IMG/VR virus record: IMGVR_UViG_3300023180_006024 | Strand: one strand, 5' to 3' | From: a virus | Length of the DNA: 64,000 nucleotides | In this document: one piece after another, positions 1 through 7,785 of the stretch | Layout of the letters: every line of letters starts with the position of its first letter | Numbering within the stretch: position 1 is the first letter of the stretch | Notes under the pieces: generated by a model | Told to the model about the DNA's origin: nothing | Seen by the model: only the letters and a program-made list of their open reading frames with translations | Database searches by the model: none | Position numbers and translations under genes: made by a program

Positions 1-589
1 GTACAGTTTCAAATGGTATAAACTCAGTTCCGTCATTTAACCAAGGACCATTCATGTTTGTACAGTTTTGAACATAAGGTGACACAGTAACAAGTGCACC
101 TGGTTTGATTTCAGCACACCAACCTGGATCTCTTAGTGCACGGAAAGTAAGTTGAAACAAATAACACGCATTATCCATATAAAATATAGTTTCTGTATTA
201 TTTTTTGGATAAATTTGAGTATTACGTAAACTATCACCTCTAACAGTTTGTCTTGCTTTTAGTGTAATAGGGTTTTCTTCATAAAAGTCTCCGGCAGCAA
301 CATGTATTGTAGCACCAGCAGGAGCTGCTTCAACCGCTGCTTTAACAGTTCTTTTTGCTTGCCCCGGTCCTGCACCTTTACCGTTGTTACTATCGTTACC
401 TTGTAAACTCACATAGTAAACATTATCATTTGTTGCGCCAGGCGAGTTTCCTGTTACATTTAGATTACCTGTTATTGTAACATCTTTTCCTGGCAACGGT
501 GTAAGTTCAATACTACCATCTGCGTTCAAAACAAACGATTGATTGTTTACTTTTCTTTCGTGTAATATCTGCTTCTTTATGTACTTCAT
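1..589 (-). CDS. Partial (runs off left edge) virion/tail protein with a right-handed beta-helix (pectin-lyase-like) domain
   Basis: Not in the ORF track. ATG at 589 overlaps the upstream TAA (TAATG) and the frame stays open to the window edge. Translation MKYIKKQILHERK...VYYVSLQGNDSNNG...AKRTVKAAVEAAPAGATIHVAAGDFYEENPITL resembles the N-cap of parallel beta-helix tailspike domains. Confidence 0.75.
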   Translation of the reverse strand, partial: MKYIKKQILHERKVNNQSFVLNADGSIELTPLPGKDVTITGNLNVTGNSPGATNDNVYYVSLQGNDSNNGKGAGPGQAKRTVKAAVEAAPAGATIHVAAGDFYEENPITLKARQTVRGDSLRNTQIYPKNNTETIFYMDNACYLFQLTFRALRDPGWCAEIKPGALVTVSPYVQNCTNMNGPWLNDGTEFIPFETV

Positions 590-921
590 TATACTTCCAA
601 ATAACTAATAGTAGCACTTAGTTTGTCGTCGTCAGGGCTGTTCAAAATAACCCTATCGCCTGCTTCCAATATCAGTCTTTCAACATTAAATGTAAATGTT
701 TCTTGAGCTGGTAAAGATATACTATTCAATATTAAATTTTCGTTTGATTTAACTCCTCCAGATCCTTTAATAACATGCATATTAAAAGAACTATCGTTTA
801 TACTGTTAGACGATGACGCATAGTTACAAACAAGTAATGTTGTGATAGCATACTTTTTGTCAGCAGGAACCGATAATGCCGTTGTGTCAGTTGATAGTAT
901 TGATACATTGTTTATTGCCAT
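589..921 (-). CDS. Small hypothetical virion protein (110 aa)
   Basis: AAGGA RBS upstream. Beta-rich sequence ending ERLILEAGDRV...ATISYLEV, within a structural operon. Confidence 0.7.
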   Translation of the reverse strand: MAINNVSILSTDTTALSVPADKKYAITTLLVCNYASSSNSINDSSFNMHVIKGSGGVKSNENLILNSISLPAQETFTFNVERLILEAGDRVILNSPDDDKLSATISYLEV

Positions 922-932
922 AATCTAATCCT

Positions 933-1961
933 TTAAAAAATAATACTGTAAAGTAATGCTTTGTTCCTACTAATCAATTCGTCGTTTGTGCTGTTTTCAT
1001 TAATAAAAAACAAACCTGTACCGCCGTCTGCTTCAGTCTTTGAATACAACTTTATACCATCAGTTGGTGCAGTTGGGTCTGTTTGTTTTTCTATTTCAAA
1101 CGGAAACCCTGTAATAATACTGCCTGTTCCATTGGCTGATATCCTCAAGTTACCATCAAGATTTGTTGTTTCCAAATCTCCAGTGCTAAAACGATAATCG
1201 AATATATCTGCATATGATGCTTTAAAAGTTGCTGTAACAATATTGTCTATTTGAATATCAACGCTGCTTACAGTAACATCTGGATCATCTGCATCAAATG
1301 CAGTTACCCTTGTGTCACTATCTTGAAGTGCGGCAATAGTATCTTGGAAGTTCCTTGAGTTATATGCCTTGACATAATCTTTTACAGATTTGACGTTTGG
1401 TATTGCATCGTCGTCAACTGGTGGTTGTAATCTGTCGTCAGTGCTTGGGTTTCCTTGTATTGCACCACTAACATACGGAAATAGTTGTTGTTCGTAGTCT
1501 ACTGTGCCTGTAACACTTAGAAATCCTGTTGAGTTTTCTCCTAAGAGATACAGATTTTGATCATCTGCTGTTTTAATACTTGCAACATGAATACCTAGGA
1601 AATCACCATTGTCATTTGTAAAACTAAATGCACCTGGCTGACTATCATTACCACCCGAGTCAATAGTTGTTAATCTTTCATCAAATAGTAGGTTAGCAAA
1701 AGTTAAAGTTCCTCTATCTATAATCAAGCCGGCAGTGTTTAATGAAACACCAGCGCCTGTTTCGCCGCTGTTGACTGTAATAGTATTATCAGATACTACC
1801 AAGTCACTAGAGCCAACAGTTGTTGTTTCACCTTGCACATTTAAGTTTCCATTAACGAATACTGTGCCTGTGCCGTCACCTGTATCAAATGTAAAGTTGC
1901 CTCCGTCGGAGATCTTTACTTTGTATTCGCTTACTTGATCATACTGTTGTAACTTTAACAT
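933..1961 (-). CDS. Virion/tail-fibre-like structural protein (342 aa)
   Basis: AAGGAG RBS. The motif GNLNVQGETTTV...VSDNTITVN...AGLIIDRG is similar to a segment of 47473..49302. Confidence 0.7.
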   Translation of the reverse strand: MLKLQQYDQVSEYKVKISDGGNFTFDTGDGTGTVFVNGNLNVQGETTTVGSSDLVVSDNTITVNSGETGAGVSLNTAGLIIDRGTLTFANLLFDERLTTIDSGGNDSQPGAFSFTNDNGDFLGIHVASIKTADDQNLYLLGENSTGFLSVTGTVDYEQQLFPYVSGAIQGNPSTDDRLQPPVDDDAIPNVKSVKDYVKAYNSRNFQDTIAALQDSDTRVTAFDADDPDVTVSSVDIQIDNIVTATFKASYADIFDYRFSTGDLETTNLDGNLRISANGTGSIITGFPFEIEKQTDPTAPTDGIKLYSKTEADGGTGLFFINENSTNDELISRNKALLYSIIF

Positions 1962-1971
1962 GTATCACTCC

Positions 1972-2337
1972 TTAGATAGCTGTAAGTCTAAGTAATGATT
2001 CTGTTGAGTCGTCTTCTGCTGTCCATGTATAACGATTGTTGTTGAAGTCTACTGCTGTTCTGTTAAACAACTTTTTGATTGCAATAGCACCACCGCCATC
2101 AACAATACCAATGATTTGGCATTCGCCGTTTGCATTTGGTGCAGAACCATCCGAAGTTAATGTGCATACTTCAGTGACTGAATCACCGTCATTTGAACAG
2201 TTAAACTTGTTTGTTGCTCTTTGTGAAAGAATTTTTCCTTCATACAAACTTCCACCTGAGTAGAAGCGGATTGGAACTGTAGGTGCTGCATCAACACCAG
2301 TTGCTCCGAAGTTTCTTTTATTTACTGGACGTCCCAT
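1972..2337 (-). CDS. Hypothetical late/virion protein (121 aa, MGRPVNKRNFG...)
   Basis: Start moved from 2418 to the in-frame ATG at 2337, which has an AAGGAG RBS. The 2418 ATG lies immediately next to the promoter motif. Confidence 0.75.
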   Translation of the reverse strand: MGRPVNKRNFGATGVDAAPTVPIRFYSGGSLYEGKILSQRATNKFNCSNDGDSVTEVCTLTSDGSAPNANGECQIIGIVDGGGAIAIKKLFNRTAVDFNNNRYTWTAEDDSTESLLRLTAI

Positions 2338-2428
2338 TGTTTTCTCCTTATGTTGACGTTCTAGGTCTACGGGGTTGGGTCCCCATAAGTCCTCATCGTG
2401 AGGCTCTCCTCTTGACATAAGTATTTAT
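2338..2428 (-). promoter_or_regulatory. Late-type promoter (ATAAATA, 2428-2422) with a structured 5' leader
   Basis: Hairpins CCTCA-CGA-TGAGG and TATGGGG-ACCCAA-CCCCGTA. CTTATGT (2421-2415) is complementary to ACATAAG (2353-2347), which overlaps the RBS. Confidence 0.6.
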
Positions 2429-2459
2429 CTTTTTCGTAAAAATGGGTTATAATGTCCGT

Positions 2460-2490
2460 AAAAAAAGGCCTACCGTAGTAGACCTTTTTT
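2460..2490 (-). terminator. Intrinsic terminator (bidirectional-type)
   Basis: GGTCTAC-TACG-GTAGGCC stem with a cUACGg loop, followed by a T run and flanked by A/T tracts. Confidence 0.85.
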
Positions 2491-2708
2491 AATAGTGATA
2501 GGTAGGACTAAGGATTACCTACAAGTGCCGTGACATATCCTGTCTACATAACTAGCACAACCTCACAATAGAATGGTTAGTTCTACTTTCTCTGCAACGC
2601 CTTGTCTCCAAAGTCTTACAGCGCCACCACAGCGTGTGAGTCAAGTTAATGCCTATGTGAAGCATCGTTTCCTTGCACTATCTAACTCGGACCGTCGTCT
2701 TTGTTATG
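2491..2708 (-). ncRNA. Candidate structured non-coding RNA of about 220 nt (family not recognised)
   Basis: GC-richer intergenic stretch with its own sigma70-type promoter and terminator and several nested helices (see findings). Confidence 0.65.
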
Positions 2709-2713
2709 TACTT

Positions 2714-2742
2714 AATATAGCAAAAGAATAAGCTAAGGTCAA
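2714..2742 (-). promoter_or_regulatory. Sigma70-type promoter for the candidate ncRNA
   Basis: TTGACC (2742-2737), 17-nt spacer, TATATT (2719-2714) with an extended -10 TG. Confidence 0.75.
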
Positions 2743-2764
2743 CCACTTTTTTTAAAAAAGTCAT

Positions 2765-2791
2765 AAAAAAAGGCCCCGTAGAGCCTTTTTT
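2765..2791 (-). terminator. Intrinsic terminator after the major capsid gene
   Basis: GGCTC-TACG-GGGCC stem with a cUACGg loop plus T run, 20 nt after the capsid stop codon. Confidence 0.85.
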
Positions 2792-2810
2792 CTTATTTTT
2801 AAAATAAAAC

Positions 2811-3983
2811 TTAGCTGAAGCTTAGGTTTGCAGAAGTAACTTCTACTTTTTCTAGGTAGTCAGCTGCGTTACCAAGTGAAGACGCTGTGTTTGAAAGCTC
2901 AACATAACCGTAACGAGTCATGAAGCTCACGACTGGTTCGAATGTTGTTGGATCAAGTACAACACCGCTTGACATCAATGGGATGTATGGGCAGTAGAAT
3001 GCTGCTGCGTCTGATTCAGATGAACCTTTGTAACCTACAAGTACATCATCGTCGTCTGCATATGTGTTAACATAAATGCGCATTGCGTTGTTTAGTGTAC
3101 CAACCATTTTTGTGTTTGTTGGTGCTTCAAATGAACCTTCAGTAGTACGTGCAAACGCTGATGTTGTTGCTGATTGTAGTACTGTTAAGATTGCTGGTGA
3201 TACAACAGCCCAGTTACCTGCGCCTCTACGTGTACGTTGTGCGATACGGTTTGCTGCACGGTTAACTAGAACCGCTAATGCTGCATGTTCGTCACCAACG
3301 AATGTAGCTGTACCAGATACACCTGCTTGGTTGTATGTGTCTGTACCTGTACCTGCAAGTGTTGCTAGGCTACGTAGTACTTCTTGGTCGATTTCAGCAG
3401 TAATCTCTTGTGCAAGTGCTGCCATGATTTCTGCTTCTACGTCGATACCGTGTTGTGACTGAGCGTCTTGAGCTGACTCAAATGTCCAACGTGCTGATAG
3501 CTTACGTGATTTAGCTTCAACAGTTTGCTTCAAGATTTGGATGCTTAGTCTATTACCAGCTGTACCTTCTTTTGTTGCAGTTGCGTCTGCTTTACCATTT
3601 GCATTACCTGAATAACCTTCAGCAATTTTAAATGGTGAAAGTGCTTCTTCACCTGCTGTTGTTGATCCACCTGCTGTACCTGTGAACGCATCTGCATAGC
3701 GTACACGCAATGTGTGAATCTGGCCAACTGGACCAGTCATTGGTTGAACACCAACGATTTCGTTCGCGATCACTGTTGGCATAACACGTCTGATTACTGG
3801 TAGAATCACACGGTTTAATGTTGCTACGTTACCTGCAGAAGTTGCACCCGCTGTTGCTGTCTCCATCAAATGCTTACGAGTATTTTCAAGAGTTGTTTCC
3901 ATAACAGCTTTTTTGTTGCCTGAAAGGCCTTCGACTAGGGCACCTTTGGTCTCCTGCCAGCGACTTTCTAATAGTTCTGACAT
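2811..3983 (-). CDS. gp23: Major capsid protein, T4 gp23-like
   Basis: Motifs RRVMPTVIANEIVGVQPMTGPVGQIHTLR, KSRKLSARWTFESAQD, YCPYIPL and FMTRYG. AAGGAG RBS. Confidence 0.97.
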   Translation of the reverse strand: MSELLESRWQETKGALVEGLSGNKKAVMETTLENTRKHLMETATAGATSAGNVATLNRVILPVIRRVMPTVIANEIVGVQPMTGPVGQIHTLRVRYADAFTGTAGGSTTAGEEALSPFKIAEGYSGNANGKADATATKEGTAGNRLSIQILKQTVEAKSRKLSARWTFESAQDAQSQHGIDVEAEIMAALAQEITAEIDQEVLRSLATLAGTGTDTYNQAGVSGTATFVGDEHAALAVLVNRAANRIAQRTRRGAGNWAVVSPAILTVLQSATTSAFARTTEGSFEAPTNTKMVGTLNNAMRIYVNTYADDDDVLVGYKGSSESDAAAFYCPYIPLMSSGVVLDPTTFEPVVSFMTRYGYVELSNTASSLGNAADYLEKVEVTSANLSFS

Positions 3984-3995
3984 AATGTTTCTCCT

Positions 3996-5087
3996 TTATA
4001 ATCCAGCTAGACGCTTAATATCAATGACATTTTTGTCATTTGCGTCTGCTTCATTATTGAACTTTTCTTTTCTGTTGCCTGTAATTTCTTTGCCTTCTGT
4101 TAATGGTGCCTTCTGCTTTGCTGGGCTCTTACCATCAATAACCGATGGTAGGTATTTGTCAAACGATTCACGTAGTTTCTTCGTTTGAACTGTTTCCAGT
4201 AAATCTGTCATGATTTCTCGCTGATCTTTACCTAATGGTGCAATCAACTCGTTCATTACTTTTGTACGCTCTTGCGCTTCTACAAGACGAGATACTTCTT
4301 GATCTTTTACTTCAGCAATATCTTTTGCTTTAGCAGCAAGATCTTTTGCCTCAGATAGTAGTTTGTCTTTAGCTGCAAGAACTTTTAATAGTTTTTGAGT
4401 TTCTGATTTTTCGTTCAAATGCGATGACATGTACTCATTTGCAAATGCTTCAAAAATCTTACGCCCAAAATCATTTTGGCGTGCTGAATCAATGTCTTCT
4501 TTCAACTGCGAAATCTCATTTGTCAATGCTTTTTCAACAGTTTCTGAAATCATTGCTGCACTTTTTTGAATAAAGTTTGTTTTAACTTTATTTAGGTGGT
4601 CTTTGCTTTCACGTACTAAACGTACTTTTGTTTCAGCAAGATCTTTTTTGTCTTCTTGGAACTCTGCAATCTCTTGTGAAAGTTGATCTACAACAAACTC
4701 TTCAAGAACAGCAAACTTGCTTGCCATTGCTCTTTGATCTTCGTGTAGTTCATTAACTTCTTTTGCTAAGTTTTCTGTTACAAATCTTTGCAACATACTT
4801 GCATTTTCTTTCATTGCTACTGCATATTTTGCTTTTTGTTCTGCAAGTTGTTTACGATCTTCATGGAACTCTGTCATTTCCTCAGCTAGTTTTTCAGTAA
4901 CTAGTGCGTCAACGGCTTCAACCATAACACCTTTATCGTGCTCGTATTTTTTTGCAAACTCTTCACGCAGTTCAGCAGTTACAGCCACACGATTTTCATT
5001 AACTTTTGAATCAAAAGCTTCTTGAATTTCGGCAGCCATTTGCTCTGTGATTGCTTCGCTCTCTAAAAGGGATTTAAGTGCTTCCAT
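3996..5087 (-). CDS. Prohead core/scaffolding protein, gp22-like
   Basis: E/K/A-rich coiled coil located between the protease and capsid genes, as in T4-like phages. Confidence 0.8.
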   Translation of the reverse strand: MEALKSLLESEAITEQMAAEIQEAFDSKVNENRVAVTAELREEFAKKYEHDKGVMVEAVDALVTEKLAEEMTEFHEDRKQLAEQKAKYAVAMKENASMLQRFVTENLAKEVNELHEDQRAMASKFAVLEEFVVDQLSQEIAEFQEDKKDLAETKVRLVRESKDHLNKVKTNFIQKSAAMISETVEKALTNEISQLKEDIDSARQNDFGRKIFEAFANEYMSSHLNEKSETQKLLKVLAAKDKLLSEAKDLAAKAKDIAEVKDQEVSRLVEAQERTKVMNELIAPLGKDQREIMTDLLETVQTKKLRESFDKYLPSVIDGKSPAKQKAPLTEGKEITGNRKEKFNNEADANDKNVIDIKRLAGL

Positions 5088-5099
5088 TGTATTCTCCTT

Positions 5100-5720
5100 T
5101 TATTGGAGCCTGCTTATTATATCTAATAAGCTCTCTTTGATGTATTTTTTTGCCTTTGGGTCGCCTGTTACTTCTTTAGAAGTTAATAATGCCTTGTATC
5201 CACCTTTTTCGTTCATTATATGCTCGTAAATTGGTGTAGGATACGCACCGGGGGCGCTGGGCTGAGCCACAACGTCCACAGTGATTATTTCAAAGCCCGA
5301 AACATCTCCGGACTCGTTTACTTCACCGCTACCTCTAGATGAGACACCTAGTTTAACGCCGCTTTCTAGCATTGTTTTTACTAGGCCTCCCATCGGAGTT
5401 GGTAGGATTTTTAGTTTTCCGTAACCATTTGGTCCGTCCATCCACATTTCTGTTACCATGTGACATACACGATCAAGGTTAATATTAAGTCCTTCAGGAT
5501 GATCAACTTCGCCTAAAACTGAGTAACCGCCGCTTATTTGCTCATTGAGCGTGGTGACAGCCCTGCCAATTTCTTCTACGGGATAAACACGCTGGTTAGC
5601 GTTTTTTACGCCGCCTTGAATGCAAATACCTTTCATGTAAAGATCTTTGCCTTCGTTGGCAGACTCAACGACCATTCTAGCTTGGTCAAAACTTAGATTT
5701 TCACGTAGTTGAAACATCAT
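5100..5720 (-). CDS. gp21: Prohead protease, T4 gp21-like
   Basis: Motifs NANQRVYP, LGEVDHP, GVSSRGSG and DVVAQPSAPGAY. Confidence 0.95.
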   Translation of the reverse strand: MMFQLRENLSFDQARMVVESANEGKDLYMKGICIQGGVKNANQRVYPVEEIGRAVTTLNEQISGGYSVLGEVDHPEGLNINLDRVCHMVTEMWMDGPNGYGKLKILPTPMGGLVKTMLESGVKLGVSSRGSGEVNESGDVSGFEIITVDVVAQPSAPGAYPTPIYEHIMNEKGGYKALLTSKEVTGDPKAKKYIKESLLDIISRLQ

Positions 5721-5732
5721 TTAGTCCTTATC

Positions 5733-6704
5733 TTAGCTGCCAATAGTTGATTTTTTATTGTCAGCAGTCTCTGGCTTGCCCTTTTTCTCAGCGCCGTGGC
5801 CAGGTTCGTTTTTCATGCCAGATTTGGCACTTGTACCGCCTTTAACATTTCTGTTACCTGCGTTATCTTCTTTTGTAGATGGCTGTGCTAAACCGCCTGC
5901 TGTACCTTTTGTATCAGCTTCGCCGCCTGCTACGATGTTTGACGTTGTTCCGCCCATATCGTTTTTACCTGCTACTGGTGATTTTGCGTTTGCGCCGTTG
6001 TCACCTTTTTTTGGTTCGTCTGCCATTTTGTTAGCATACTCACGCATGATTTCTGCTGCTGATTTGTCTGTTGATTCTTCAACTTCTTCATCTGCTGCTT
6101 CTTCTACTTCCTCGTCAGCTGCTTCTTCTACTTCCTCGTCAGCTGCTTCAAATGGCATATCCATTGCTTCTTCTTCAGCTTCGTCGTCATCGCCTTCATC
6201 TTCGTCGCCCATCATTTTTTCAAACTCGGCTTGTAGATTTTGGAATGCTGCTTCTAGATCAGCCATTGCTTCTTCTGGACCTTCAGGTGCTTCTTCGTCG
6301 TCACCTTCTTCGTCATCATCGCCATCCATGTCGGCTGCAATGTCACCCATCATGTCGTCTGTTTCGTCTCCGCCCATTTCTGGTGCGTCTAGTTCGTCTA
6401 GACCAAACATTTCGTCAAGGTCGTCTTCTTCTGACTCGTCAACTTCTTCATCAGTTGCTTCGTCTACTTCCTCGTCTGCTGATTCATCAACTTCTTCATC
6501 AGTTGCTTCATCAACTTCTTCATCAGTTGCTTCGTCTAGGTCATCATCTTCTGATTCGTCGACTTCTTCGTCTGACTCGATGATGTTTTGGTAAATCTCA
6601 CGTGATTTTTCTACCACGATTTCGTGGAATAGCTCTTCTGCACCTTCTTTGTCTTCATTGACAAGACGCTCGAGCATTTCCTCAAACTTATTTAGATCAG
6701 TCAT
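5733..6704 (-). CDS. Highly acidic prohead core/scaffold protein
   Basis: Start placed at ATG 6704 (AAGGAG RBS). D/E-rich with EEVDEATD-type repeats, directly upstream of the protease. Confidence 0.75.
   Translation of the reverse strand: MTDLNKFEEMLERLVNEDKEGAEELFHEIVVEKSREIYQNIIESDEEVDESEDDDLDEATDEEVDEATDEEVDESADEEVDEATDEEVDESEEDDLDEMFGLDELDAPEMGGDETDDMMGDIAADMDGDDDEEGDDEEAPEGPEEAMADLEAAFQNLQAEFEKMMGDEDEGDDDEAEEEAMDMPFEAADEEVEEAADEEVEEAADEEVEESTDKSAAEIMREYANKMADEPKKGDNGANAKSPVAGKNDMGGTTSNIVAGGEADTKGTAGGLAQPSTKEDNAGNRNVKGGTSAKSGMKNEPGHGAEKKGKPETADNKKSTIGS
6075..6580 (-). repeat. Two clusters of imperfect 24-nt coding repeats (EAADEEVE / EATDEEVD)
   Basis: Repeated tcaacttcttcatcagttgct and gctgcttcttctacttcctcgtca units at about 6075-6150 and 6430-6580. 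Confidence 0.8.
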
Positions 6705-6801
6705 GATTATCTCCTTTATTGTCAAGGCTGTCAGTTATATTTACACTTTTTAGAAAAATATGCGTAGAAATGGGCTCATTTGAGCCTATTTTCTAAGCAG
6801 T

Positions 6802-7521
6802 TTAAGAAATATTAAATTGTTTTTTAAAATCTTTTACTGTAATATGTTCTAGATTTGGTATTCCTTCTAAGTTATCTGGCAAAAAATAATCTTTATCTTG
6901 CACAACTCTGATATATTTAGTACTAGAGTTTTGTCGTAATATAGTCATAGTTTGACGAGACCAGTTGCCAAAATACGTTGCTTTGTCATTAACTTTTTTA
7001 TAGTTATCAGTTCCTGCATAGATATTATTAACTAGTTCATGTTTTCTACCTATGCCTTGGTAGTCAAAACCTAAAATATATATAATATCATTTTCATGTT
7101 TGCTTGCTAAGTTGAGTGCAGTAGGTCCGCTACTCCAACCTAAGTTAGGATTAAAAAGGTTTAATCCTGGTATGCTTCTTGTATACTTGTTAGGGTTAGT
7201 CCATACATTTCCGTGTTGTAAATGGTAGTTTTTGTTGCTTATTTCACGTATCATTTTAGTGTCTACGGCAATCAAATAATCTGGATTAAAGGACCTATAC
7301 AATGCATTACAACCATATATTCTTCCGTGTGGTCTAAGTAATACAGGATCGATACTTTCTCTGCTAGTTCCATTGCCTAGAACAAATGCTGTACGTCCTA
7401 TAATCATACTAGGACGTTCTGCTATTTCTTGAAGTTGTTTTTGTTCTTGTCTAGCTTTTTCTAGGCGCTTCCTGGCTTTTCTTTGTTCTTTGGTTTCGCC
7501 AGGTATATATTTTTTAACCAA
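6802..7521 (-). CDS. Maf/DUF115-like (GT29-like fold) putative nucleotide-sugar transferase
   Basis: Motifs AFVLGNGTS, IYGCNALY, PDYLIAVD, SSGPTAL and IYILGFDY. Confidence 0.55.
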   Translation of the reverse strand: MVKKYIPGETKEQRKARKRLEKARQEQKQLQEIAERPSMIIGRTAFVLGNGTSRESIDPVLLRPHGRIYGCNALYRSFNPDYLIAVDTKMIREISNKNYHLQHGNVWTNPNKYTRSIPGLNLFNPNLGWSSGPTALNLASKHENDIIYILGFDYQGIGRKHELVNNIYAGTDNYKKVNDKATYFGNWSRQTMTILRQNSSTKYIRVVQDKDYFLPDNLEGIPNLEHITVKDFKKQFNIS

Positions 7522-7529
7522 CTTAACTC

Positions 7530-7778
7530 CTACAGTGCTTCCTCAGGTTGCTGTGCTGCAATACCATACATTTGTCTTATATGCACTAAATCTTTTTGCG
7601 CCTCTTGTCTGTGCATATCATCTGCCCTACGTGCTTTGTTGATATCTTTAAGTGTAAGTCTAGTTTTACGTGTGTCATCCATATCTACAATTGATTCATC
7701 GTCTTCAGCATTATATCGCTGATCTTCAATAGGTTCCATTGTATCTTTGTCAAAGTAATATAGTTCACGTAATATCAT
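7530..7778 (-). CDS. Small hypothetical head-module protein (82 aa)
   Basis: ORF directly after the portal gene, preceded by ATAAATA. Confidence 0.7.
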   Translation of the reverse strand: MILRELYYFDKDTMEPIEDQRYNAEDDESIVDMDDTRKTRLTLKDINKARRADDMHRQEAQKDLVHIRQMYGIAAQQPEEAL

Positions 7779-7785
7779 AATGTAT

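Noticed and set aside
2338-2418. 27-aa N-terminal extension given in the ORF track
   Set aside because: ATG 2418 abuts the promoter and has no RBS, whereas ATG 2337 has AAGGAG.
2552-2665. 37-codon minus-strand ORF (MLHIGINLTHTLWWRCKTLETRRCRESRTNHSIVRLC) as a peptide gene or radical SAM precursor
   Set aside because: AAGGA is only 4 nt from the ATG, codon use is atypical for this genome, and the region is better explained by base-pairing. Not fully excluded.
6075-6580. CRISPR-like or guide array
   Set aside because: The repeats are in-frame, codon-degenerate and lack unique spacers. No CRISPR array or cas gene was seen in the window.
5758-6594. Long plus-strand ORFs of 278 and 170 aa
   Set aside because: They are antisense shadows of the low-complexity acidic scaffold gene.
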